From: Candidatus Multivoradales bacterium
GTDB taxonomy: Bacteria > Acidobacteriota > Thermoanaerobaculia > Multivoradales > JAHEKO01
Reading direction: 5' to 3'
Assembly: GCA_965223855.1 (NCBI GenBank)
Contig: CBDCXM010000003.1
Coordinates: 32,001 to 96,000 of the forward strand
DNA: 64,000 bases
A model generated the notes under the pieces. The model was not told the origin of the DNA. It searched no databases and saw only the letters and a program-made list of their open reading frames with translations. Of this stretch, positions 27,524 through 35,660 are shown piece by piece (positions within the stretch are counted from its first letter, which is position 1; each line of letters starts with the position of its first letter). The position numbers were made by a program, and so were the translations under genes.

Positions 27524-27553
27524 GACTCGCGACGAATCTACTATAAACACCCG

Positions 27554-28495
27554 ATGCCGCCGATCACCCTGCTGGGGCCGCAACGCGACCGCCCATCGGT
27601 CACCGCCGTCGTTCGCCCGCTCGACGCCCCGGTAGGCCTGATCACCGCCGGCTGGAAAGAGAACGAGAACGACCGGCCTCCACGTGGCCTCGGCAGCAAG
27701 GGGACGAACCTGTCGATCTACGCGCGCTCGGAAAGAGTCTTCGATCTCGATCCTGAGCTCGCGGACGCCCATCGGGAGCGGCAGCTGGTGCTCAAGAGGC
27801 TGCAGCGCCTCTACCGCGTGCGGCTCGACCATGCGCTCGACGCGTGGCGCGAACTCGACGCGCTGGCCGAGGAGCACTCCTCTCCCCTCGCCGCCGGCGA
27901 AGCGGACGCGGCAATGGAAGCCGTCCGCCGGCTCGATCGGCACCATCTCGAGCGGGTAACCGAGGTGCATGCCGAGTTCGCGGCGACGTGGCGACCGGCG
28001 GAGCGCGAAGCGGTCGCGCACCAGCGGCGCGCGATCGAAAGCGAGCTGACGGAGTGCGACGCGGTCGTGATCGCCGGCGGTCACGTCGCGCTGCTGCTCA
28101 ACCGGATGCGACTGTTCGACCTGGTGCCGCTGCTCGCCGGCAAGACGCTCGTCGCCTGGTCGGCGGGGGCGATGGTCGCCGGCTCCCACATCGTCCTCTT
28201 CCACGACCATCCTCCGTGGGGCGCGGGCAACGCCGAGCTGCTCGATCGCGGCCTCGGCCTGTTCCGGGGAGTCCTGCCGCTGCCCGACGCCGGCCGCCGG
28301 CTGAGAAGCTCGGACCCGCGGCGGGTGAAGCTACTGACCCGACGCTTCGCGCCGCTCACGTGTGTCGGTCTCGATCGCGGTTCGAAGCTCGAGGGCCGGG
28401 ACGGGCGCTGGCGAGCGAGCGACGCCCTCCACCTCACCCCCGACGGCGCGACTTCGAGGATCGGCCGCCCGGAGTGGGAGGTGCTCGAAGCGTGA
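27554..28495 (+). CDS. Peptidase S51/cyanophycinase-like (class I GATase fold, Ser nucleophile) protein
   Basis: ITAGW.ENE, IAGGHV, VAWSAGAM nucleophile elbow, GLGL; ATG at 27554. Confidence 0.75.
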   Translation: MPPITLLGPQRDRPSVTAVVRPLDAPVGLITAGWKENENDRPPRGLGSKGTNLSIYARSERVFDLDPELADAHRERQLVLKRLQRLYRVRLDHALDAWRELDALAEEHSSPLAAGEADAAMEAVRRLDRHHLERVTEVHAEFAATWRPAEREAVAHQRRAIESELTECDAVVIAGGHVALLLNRMRLFDLVPLLAGKTLVAWSAGAMVAGSHIVLFHDHPPWGAGNAELLDRGLGLFRGVLPLPDAGRRLRSSDPRRVKLLTRRFAPLTCVGLDRGSKLEGRDGRWRASDALHLTPDGATSRIGRPEWEVLEA

Positions 28496-29646
28496 CGCCG
28501 GAGACCGCAAAGCTCGACCTTCGGGCGCTCAGGGCCAACCCGCCGACCACCTCGGAGGAGGTCGACGCACTGCTCGCCGGGCACGACTTCCCCCACGTGC
28601 GCGGCACCCGTGCGACGTTCGCCTACCGCGGCGCGGCGGAGTCGGTCCGGCTGCGGCACTGGATCTACGGCCTCCCGGCCTCGCAGCGCTTCGAGCGCCT
28701 CGGCGAGAGCGACCTCTGGCTGCTGACGATCGACGTCCCCCTGCACTCACGGGTCGAGTACAAGATCGAGGTGAGGCGCGACGGCCGCAAAAGGCTGCTC
28801 CGCGATCCTCTCAACCAGCATCTGGCCCACGACCCCTTCGGCGCCAACTCCGTCCTCCAGGGCGACGGCTACGAGCGCCCCGATTGGGTCGAGCCTGCGC
28901 CCGGCGTTCGCGGCGGCTCGACCTTCGAGCTGGAGTTCGCGAGCGAGACCTACGGCGAGTCGCGGACGGTCGAGGTCTACCTTCCCGCCAGCCGGCGGCG
29001 GCGCCGCCGCTACCCGCTCCTGATTGTCCACGACGGGCGCGACTACCTGCGCTTCGCCGCGCTCCAGACGGTGCTCGACAACCTGATCGACGCGCTCGAG
29101 ATCCCGCCGCTCATCGCCGTCTTCACCGACTCTCCCGACCGACTGAACGAGTACGCGGCCGACGAACGCCAGGACGCCTTCCTGGTCGACGAGCTTCTGC
29201 CGCGCCTCGAGCGGGAGCTCCCGGTGATCGCCGAGCCCGCTCAGCGCGGGCTGATGGGCGCGAGCTTCGGCGCCGTCGCCACGCTCTCGGCCGCCTACCG
29301 CCGCCCCGGCGTGTTCGGCCGGCTGTTGCTGCAGTCGGGCTCCTTCGCCTTCTCCGATCTCTTCGAACAGCACGAGCGTGGAGAGGCGTTCGATCCGGTG
29401 GTGCGCTTCGTCAACGCCTTCCGCGACGAGCCGCGCAAGCCGGCGGAGCGGATCTTCGTGTCGTGCGGCGTCTACGAGTCGCTGATCTACGAGAACCGCT
29501 CGCTGGTGCCGGTGCTGCAGCAGGTCGGCGCCGAGGTGCGCTACGTCGAGGCGCGCGACGGCCACAACTGGGAGAACTGGCGCGACCGGCTGCGCGAGGG
29601 GCTGTCGTGGCTCTTCCCGGGGCCGCTGTGGATGTACTACGAGTAG
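28492..29646 (+). CDS. Alpha/beta-hydrolase esterase (Fes/PF00756-like) with N-terminal E-set/CBM48-like domain
   Basis: N-terminal TFAYRG..V.L...W......RVEYK....DPLN Ig-like domain; VYLP, LLIVHDG, GASFG, QSGSF, GHNWENWR; GTGA overlap. Confidence 0.85.
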   Translation: MTPETAKLDLRALRANPPTTSEEVDALLAGHDFPHVRGTRATFAYRGAAESVRLRHWIYGLPASQRFERLGESDLWLLTIDVPLHSRVEYKIEVRRDGRKRLLRDPLNQHLAHDPFGANSVLQGDGYERPDWVEPAPGVRGGSTFELEFASETYGESRTVEVYLPASRRRRRRYPLLIVHDGRDYLRFAALQTVLDNLIDALEIPPLIAVFTDSPDRLNEYAADERQDAFLVDELLPRLERELPVIAEPAQRGLMGASFGAVATLSAAYRRPGVFGRLLLQSGSFAFSDLFEQHERGEAFDPVVRFVNAFRDEPRKPAERIFVSCGVYESLIYENRSLVPVLQQVGAEVRYVEARDGHNWENWRDRLREGLSWLFPGPLWMYYE

Positions 29647-29719
29647 CCTGAACTTCCTACCAACTTCCTGCTGAGGCTATGCTTGCCGCTCCTCACGGGT
29701 ACGAAGAAAGGTAGCGGGA

Positions 29720-30958
29720 ATGATTCGGAAGATCGGGTTGTCGCTGGGCGCCGACGTCTGCTGGCCGCTGTGCTACGAGGAGCTCATCCGGCAGCTCGAT
29801 CTCGCGCTGCCGATCGGCGACGATGTCGTCAGTTTCGCCGTCGAGCGGGTGATGATCGAGCCGTTCCGCCTCCAGGGACCCTGTCCCTACGACGTGGTGC
29901 TCGACCGGCTCACCCACTGGTACTACCCGAGTCGGGAGTGGATCAAGAAGGCGGTCGTCATGGACGACCTCTACGTCTTCAACAACCCGTGGTCGATCCA
30001 GTCGATGGAGAAACAGACCACCTACTGCGCGATGATGCGCCTCGGTCTGCCGGTGCCCGACACCTGGATGGTGCCCCCCAAGTCGTACGAGCCGAAAGCC
30101 GATCTCGAGCCGACGCTCAGGCGCTACGCCAGGCTGTTCGACCTCGGCGAGGTCGGCGAGCGTCTCGGCTATCCGCTCTTCATGAAGCCCTACGACGGCG
30201 GCGCCTGGGTCGGCGTGCAGAAGATCGACGACGAGGAACAGCTGCGCGCCACCTACGAGGAGAGCGAGACCAAGCTCATGCACCTGCAGGCGGCGGTCGA
30301 GCCGTTCGACCTCTTTGTCCGCGCCCTCGGGATCGGCCCCCAGGTCCGGCTGATGCGCTACGACGCCGGGGCGCCGCTCCACGCCCGCTACGAAGTCGCG
30401 CGCGATTTCGTGGAGCCGGACGAGGCGCGTCTGCTCGAGGACATCGCGCTCACCATCAACACCTTCTTCGGCTGGGACTTCAACTCGTGCGAGACGATGC
30501 GCTCGAACGGCACCTTCCACCCGATCGACTTCGCCAACGCCTGCCCCGACTCGCAGGTGACGAGCCTTCACTACCACTTCCCGTGGCTGATCGGCGCCCT
30601 CTTGCGCTGGAGTCTCTTCTGCGCCGCCACCGACCGGCCGATGCGCAAGACGCTGTCGTGGGAGCCCTACTACGAAGTGGCGGACCGGGGTCTGCCCTAC
30701 CGTGAGCGCCTCGCCGCCTACGGCGCGATCGCCCGCGAGCGACTCGAAGCCGACCGTTTCGAGGAGTTCTGCGCGACCCATCTCGGCCGACTCGACGAGG
30801 TGCTGACCGACTTCTTCGCCACCGACTTCGCGAAGGACGCCGTGCGCCAGAAGGTCGAGGTGCTCTTCCCCGAGCACGAGCATGACGAGTTCACCGACTA
30901 CTTCTGGGAGCGGATCCAGCAGTGGCGGGCCGAGGAAGGAGCGGGAGCCGCATCATGA
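29720..30958 (+). CDS. RimK/glutathione-synthetase-like ATP-grasp ligase
   Basis: VVLDRLTHW, NNPW...EK, GLPVPDT, GYPLFMKPYDGGAW, LQAAV, NSCE, IDFANACPD. Confidence 0.85.
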   Translation: MIRKIGLSLGADVCWPLCYEELIRQLDLALPIGDDVVSFAVERVMIEPFRLQGPCPYDVVLDRLTHWYYPSREWIKKAVVMDDLYVFNNPWSIQSMEKQTTYCAMMRLGLPVPDTWMVPPKSYEPKADLEPTLRRYARLFDLGEVGERLGYPLFMKPYDGGAWVGVQKIDDEEQLRATYEESETKLMHLQAAVEPFDLFVRALGIGPQVRLMRYDAGAPLHARYEVARDFVEPDEARLLEDIALTINTFFGWDFNSCETMRSNGTFHPIDFANACPDSQVTSLHYHFPWLIGALLRWSLFCAATDRPMRKTLSWEPYYEVADRGLPYRERLAAYGAIARERLEADRFEEFCATHLGRLDEVLTDFFATDFAKDAVRQKVEVLFPEHEHDEFTDYFWERIQQWRAEEGAGAAS

Positions 30959-31683
30959 AACTGCGCACCGACTGGTACTCGCAGCACCTCCAGCAGACCC
31001 TGGCGATCGTGCGCTGGGGTCACTCCGGCACCCCGGTGCTGCTGTTTCCCACCGCCGGTGGCGACGCCGAGGAGTGTGAGCGCTTCCTGATGATTCAGGT
31101 GCTCTCGCCGCTGCTGGAAGCGGGCCGGATCAAGATCTACTCGTGCGACAGCATCGCCGGCCGCGCCTGGACCTCGCGCGAGGGGACGGGAGCCCACCGC
31201 GCCCGGGTGCAGACCCGCTGGGACCGCTTCATCGCCGACGAGCTCGCCGGCGCGATCCGCAAGGACTGCAACAGCCCGGAGATGGAGATCGTCACCGCCG
31301 GAGCGTCGATCGGCGCGTTCGCCGCGGTCTCGACGCTCTGCCGCCATCCCCACATCTTCAAGACCGCGATCGGGCTCTCCGGCACCTACGACCTCTCCCG
31401 CTGGCTCGACGGCGAGTGGAGCGACGACTTCTACTTCGCCTCACCCCTCCACTACCTTCCCGGCCTCGACGGCGGCCCGCAGCTCGAGAAGCTCCGTGAG
31501 CGCTTCGTGCTGCTGGCGACCGGCGAGGGGCAGTGGGAGGCGCCGGAGGAGAGCTGGCGGATGGCCGGCGTGCTGGGCGACAAGGGAGTCCCCAACCGGG
31601 TCGACGCCTGGGGCCCGGACTACGACCACAACTGGCCGACGTGGCGCGAGATGCTGCCCAAGTACCTCGCCGAGCTCACCTGA
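30955..31683 (+). CDS. Small alpha/beta-hydrolase esterase (PF00756-like)
   Basis: WGHSGTPVLLFPTAGG, GASIG, LSGTYD, WG..YDHNWPTW; ATGA overlap with the RimK-like gene. Confidence 0.87.
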   Translation: MKLRTDWYSQHLQQTLAIVRWGHSGTPVLLFPTAGGDAEECERFLMIQVLSPLLEAGRIKIYSCDSIAGRAWTSREGTGAHRARVQTRWDRFIADELAGAIRKDCNSPEMEIVTAGASIGAFAAVSTLCRHPHIFKTAIGLSGTYDLSRWLDGEWSDDFYFASPLHYLPGLDGGPQLEKLRERFVLLATGEGQWEAPEESWRMAGVLGDKGVPNRVDAWGPDYDHNWPTWREMLPKYLAELT

Positions 31684-33115
31684 GTCGGCTGTAGAGGTCG
31701 AGGTAGAGCGGCCCCTGCCGCTCCCAGGAGAAGTCCTGCGCCATGCCGCGAGCGACGAGCTCGCGCCAGCCGGCCGGATCGGCCCAGGAGTCGAGGGCGT
31801 AGTCGATCGCCCAGCGCAGCCCCTCGGCGTCGAAGCTGTCGAAGACGAAGCCGGTGCCGGTGTTGCGGGAGCGGTCGTAGAGCTCCACCGAATCCGCGAG
31901 ACCGCCGGTCTTGCGCACCACCGGCACGGTTCCGTAGCGCAGCGAGTACATCTGCGTCAGCCCGCACGGCTCGAATCGTGACGGCACGAGGAAAAGGTCG
32001 GCCCCGGCGTAGATCCGGTGCGCCAGCGGGTTGTCGAAACCGTTGCGGAAGTGCACCCGGCCCGGGAAGTGGCGGGCAAGGCTGTGGAAGAACTCCTCGT
32101 AGCGGCGCTCGCCGCTGCCGAGCACGACAACCTGGCAGGGGCGGCGACCGAGCACCGACGGTAGCGCCTCGAAGCACAGGTCGAACCCCTTCTGCGCCGT
32201 CAGCCGCGAGACGATGCCGATAAGCGGCAGCTCGGCGTCGGTCGACAGCCCCGCCTCCTCGCACAACGCCCGCTTGTTCCACGCCTTCCCCTCGAGATCG
32301 GCTGCCGAATAGGAATGCGGCAGGAAGCGATCCGTCGCCGGGTTCCACTCGCCGTAGTCGACCCCGTTGAGGATGCCTACCAGGTCGCCGGAGCGCGCTC
32401 GCAGCAACGGGTCGAGGCCGAAGCCGAACTCCGGGGTCCGGATCTCCCTGGCGTGGGTCGGACTCACCGTGGAAAGTCCGTCGGCGTGCAGGAGCCCGGT
32501 GGTCATGAAGTTGATCCGACCGCGGCCGAGCTCCTCCTGGTGGAGCTGCCCTCGCGCCTGGGACAAGCCGAGCGCTTCGACCTCGCGCGCCGGGAAGATC
32601 CCCTGGTAGCCGAGGTTGTGGATCGTCAGGAGCGTCCTGGTGCGGGCGAAGAGCGAGTCCCACCGGTAGTGGGCCCGCAGGTAGAGCGGCAGCATTGCCG
32701 TGTGCCAGTCGTGAACGTGGAAGACGTCCGGGCCGAACCCCATCCGCTGGCATGACTCGATCACCGCGCGGACGAAGAAGCTGAAGCGCAGGTGCTCGTC
32801 CCCGCGATCGTCGTAGATGCCGGCGCGGTCGTAGAGCGCAGGACAGTGGATCAGGTAGACCGGCAGCGAGCTGCCGGGCAGCGGCGCCGTGTGGACGCTC
32901 CATTCGACCTGCCGCCCCGCCACCTCGGTGTGGATGCCCTGGAGGAACTCGACCGGCACCCACCCCTCGACCTTCGCGCTCGAGTAGTGCGGCAGGAAGA
33001 GCCGCAGATCGACGCGCTCGTCGTGGAGGAAGCCGGCGAGGCCGGCGACCGCGTCTCCGAGCCCACCGGTCTTGGCGAACGGCGCCAGTTCGGAGGCGAG
33101 CAGACAGATCTTCAC
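31676..33115 (-). CDS. glgA: Glycogen synthase (GT5)
   Basis: ASELAPFAKTGGLGD, HVHDWH, TIHNLGYQG, GILNG.D, SRLTAQKG, PSRFEPCGL.QM. Confidence 0.97.
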   Translation of the reverse strand: MKICLLASELAPFAKTGGLGDAVAGLAGFLHDERVDLRLFLPHYSSAKVEGWVPVEFLQGIHTEVAGRQVEWSVHTAPLPGSSLPVYLIHCPALYDRAGIYDDRGDEHLRFSFFVRAVIESCQRMGFGPDVFHVHDWHTAMLPLYLRAHYRWDSLFARTRTLLTIHNLGYQGIFPAREVEALGLSQARGQLHQEELGRGRINFMTTGLLHADGLSTVSPTHAREIRTPEFGFGLDPLLRARSGDLVGILNGVDYGEWNPATDRFLPHSYSAADLEGKAWNKRALCEEAGLSTDAELPLIGIVSRLTAQKGFDLCFEALPSVLGRRPCQVVVLGSGERRYEEFFHSLARHFPGRVHFRNGFDNPLAHRIYAGADLFLVPSRFEPCGLTQMYSLRYGTVPVVRKTGGLADSVELYDRSRNTGTGFVFDSFDAEGLRWAIDYALDSWADPAGWRELVARGMAQDFSWERQGPLYLDLYSRLR

Positions 33116-33166
33116 GACCGCGGACTATGGCAGATCGGCGCTTCGGACACGTAGACTCCCCGAATC

Positions 33167-34387
33167 GTGAACGTCGCCTTCGTGGCCCCCTATCTCCCGC
33201 CGACGACGCTGCGCTTCGTCCGTGCGGCCCAGAAGCTCCCCGGCGTGCGCCTCGGCCTGGTGTCGCACGACCCGGTCGAGCGGATTCCCGACGACGTGAG
33301 GGAGCGGCTCGCCGGTCACTGGCGGATCGACAACGCTCTCGACGCCGGCCAGCTGGAGGCGGGAGCGCGCGGGCTCGCCGAGCAGATGGGCGGGCTCGAC
33401 CGGCTGATCGGCATTCTCGAGCACATGCAGGTGCCGCTCGCCCGCGCCCGCGAGGCGTTGGGGATTCCCGGCCTCGGGCTGGAGGCGGCGCTCAACTTCC
33501 GCGACAAGGCGCGGATGAAGACGGTGCTGCGCGAAGCGGGGCTGCCGTGCGCTCGCCACGGCCTCGCCGCCGACCTCGACGCGGCGCGCGTGTTCGCGGG
33601 CGCCACCGGCTACCCGCTGGTCGTCAAGCCGCCGGCCGGCGCCGGTGCGGTCGGCACCTTCCGGGTCGACGACGAGCGCTCGCTCGCCGAGGCGATCGGC
33701 GTGCTGCGGCCGACCGCGGACCAGCCGGCGATGCTCGAGGAGTTCGTGGTCGGCGAGGAGCACTCGTTCGACAGCGTCTTTGTCCGCGGGCAGCCTGTGT
33801 GGCACTCGCAGACGCGCTACCTGCCGACCCCGCTCGAGGTGCTGCGCAACTCGTGGATCCAGTGGTGCGTGCTGCTGCCGCGCGAAGCGGACCAACCCGA
33901 GCACGACGACATCCGCGACGCCGCCTATCGCGCCGTCGAGGTGCTGGGTCTCGAAACCGGCCTGACGCACATGGAGTGGTTCCGGCGGCCAGACGGCTCG
34001 CTGGCGATCTCAGAGGTCGCCGCGCGACCGCCGGGGGCGCAGATCACCACCCTCATCTCCGTCGCCCACGACATCGACTTCTACGAGACCTGGTGCCGGC
34101 TGATGATCGAGGAGGCGTTCGATCCGCCGTATCGGCGCTATGCCGCCGGCGCCGCCTTCCTGCGCGGCCAGGGGGGCGGGCGGGTCGCCGCGGTGCGCGG
34201 TCTCGAGCAGGCGCAGCAGGCGGTCGGCGACCTCGTCGTCGAGGCGCGGCTGCCGCGCGAGGGTCAGCCCAAGGCTTCGAGCTACGAGGGCGAGGGCTAC
34301 GTGATCGTCCGCCACTCGGAGACCGAGAAGGTCGTCGAGGCGCTGCGCACCATCGTCTCGACGATCCGCGTGGAGATGTCCGGCTGA
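33167..34387 (+). CDS. ATP-grasp ligase B (paralogue of 26297-27523)
   Basis: RDKARMK, GYPLVVKPPAGAG, EEFV.G, THMEWF, SEVAARPPG, YEGEG.VIVRH. Confidence 0.88.
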   Translation: MNVAFVAPYLPPTTLRFVRAAQKLPGVRLGLVSHDPVERIPDDVRERLAGHWRIDNALDAGQLEAGARGLAEQMGGLDRLIGILEHMQVPLARAREALGIPGLGLEAALNFRDKARMKTVLREAGLPCARHGLAADLDAARVFAGATGYPLVVKPPAGAGAVGTFRVDDERSLAEAIGVLRPTADQPAMLEEFVVGEEHSFDSVFVRGQPVWHSQTRYLPTPLEVLRNSWIQWCVLLPREADQPEHDDIRDAAYRAVEVLGLETGLTHMEWFRRPDGSLAISEVAARPPGAQITTLISVAHDIDFYETWCRLMIEEAFDPPYRRYAAGAAFLRGQGGGRVAAVRGLEQAQQAVGDLVVEARLPREGQPKASSYEGEGYVIVRHSETEKVVEALRTIVSTIRVEMSG

Positions 34388-35604
34388 TGCGCGTCCTGAT
34401 GCTCGCCCCCGCCTTCCCGTCGGAGATGCCGTTCTTCGCCCGCGGTCTGGCGAGCGTCGGCGCGAAGGTGGTCGGCGTCGGCGACCAGCCGGTGGCGGCG
34501 CTGCCGTCGCAGACCCGCGAGGCGCTCGACGACTATCTGCAGGTGCCGACGCTCTTCGACAGCGGCGCCGTCCTCGACGCGGTGCGCTCCTACCACTCGC
34601 GAGCGCCGATCGAGAAGGTCGAGACCCTGTGGGAGCCGCTCGTCCTGCTCGCCGCCGAGTTGCGTCAGGCGCTAGGCCTGCCCGGACTTACGGTCGCCCA
34701 GGCGCACGCCTTCCGCGACAAGGAGCGGATGAAGCAGGTGCTCGAAGAGGCCGGCCTTCGGGTGCCGCGGCACTCGAAGGAGAGCACCGCCCGCGGCTGC
34801 TACGAGGCGGCCGAGAGCATCGGCTTCCCGCTCATCCTCAAGCCGATCGCGGGTGCCGGTTCGGCCGACACCTACCGGGTCGACGATCGGGGCGAGCTCG
34901 ACGCCGTCATGCCGTTGCTGCGCCACGTGCCGGTGGTCTCGGTCGAGGAATTCATCGATGGCGAGGAGTACACCTTCGACACCATCTGCGCTGGCGGCGA
35001 GGTGCTCTACCACAACGTCTCCTGGTACCGGCCGCGGCCGCTGGTGGCCCGCACCGTCGAGTGGATCAGCCCGCAGACGGTGACCTTGCGCGACGTCGAG
35101 CGGCCCGAGCTGGCGGCGGGCGTGAAGCTCGGTCACGGGGTGCTCGAGGCGCTCGGCTACCGCGACGGCTTCACCCACATGGAGTGGTTCCGCACCTCCG
35201 AGGGAGAAGCGGTCTTCGGCGAGATCGGCGCCCGACCTCCGGGAGCGCGGTCGGTCGAGATCATGAACTACGCCTGCGACATCGACGTCTTTTCGGGCTG
35301 GGCCGAGGCGGTGGTGCACGGGCGTCTCAGCCAGCCGATCGAGCGGCGCTACAACAGCGCCATCATCTTCAAGCGGGCGAAGGGGCGCGGCCGCATCACC
35401 GGCATCACAGGCCTGGAAGGCTTCCTCACCCGCTTTCATCGCCACGTCGTCTCGGTCGAGCTGCTGCCGCCGGGGACGCCGCGCCGCAACTGGAAGAGCA
35501 CGTTGCTCTCCGACGGCTGGGCCATCGTGCGTCATCCCGACCTCGGGGCGCTGCTCGAGATCGCCGACCGTTTCGGCACCGACGTCCAGATGTACGCCGA
35601 GTAG
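34387..35604 (+). CDS. ATP-grasp ligase C (paralogue)
   Basis: TGATG-coupled start; RDKERMK, GFPLILKPIAGAGS, EEFIDG, THMEWF, GEIGARPPG, RHPD. Confidence 0.88.
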   Translation: MRVLMLAPAFPSEMPFFARGLASVGAKVVGVGDQPVAALPSQTREALDDYLQVPTLFDSGAVLDAVRSYHSRAPIEKVETLWEPLVLLAAELRQALGLPGLTVAQAHAFRDKERMKQVLEEAGLRVPRHSKESTARGCYEAAESIGFPLILKPIAGAGSADTYRVDDRGELDAVMPLLRHVPVVSVEEFIDGEEYTFDTICAGGEVLYHNVSWYRPRPLVARTVEWISPQTVTLRDVERPELAAGVKLGHGVLEALGYRDGFTHMEWFRTSEGEAVFGEIGARPPGARSVEIMNYACDIDVFSGWAEAVVHGRLSQPIERRYNSAIIFKRAKGRGRITGITGLEGFLTRFHRHVVSVELLPPGTPRRNWKSTLLSDGWAIVRHPDLGALLEIADRFGTDVQMYAE

Positions 35605-35660
35605 GACGGCACTGCTAGCCTGAACTTTCAAAGTCACACGAACACCGCGGGGGAGCAACG

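Noticed and set aside
26249-28210. Long overlapping ORFs (748 aa +, 637 aa -) suggesting dual coding
   Set aside because: Each is a real gene extended through the antisense frame of its divergent neighbour, as expected at ~70% GC.
33127-35604. 825-aa fused double ATP-grasp protein
   Set aside because: The first half is an off-frame read of gene B. B and C are separate TGATG-coupled genes and no slippery site is evident.
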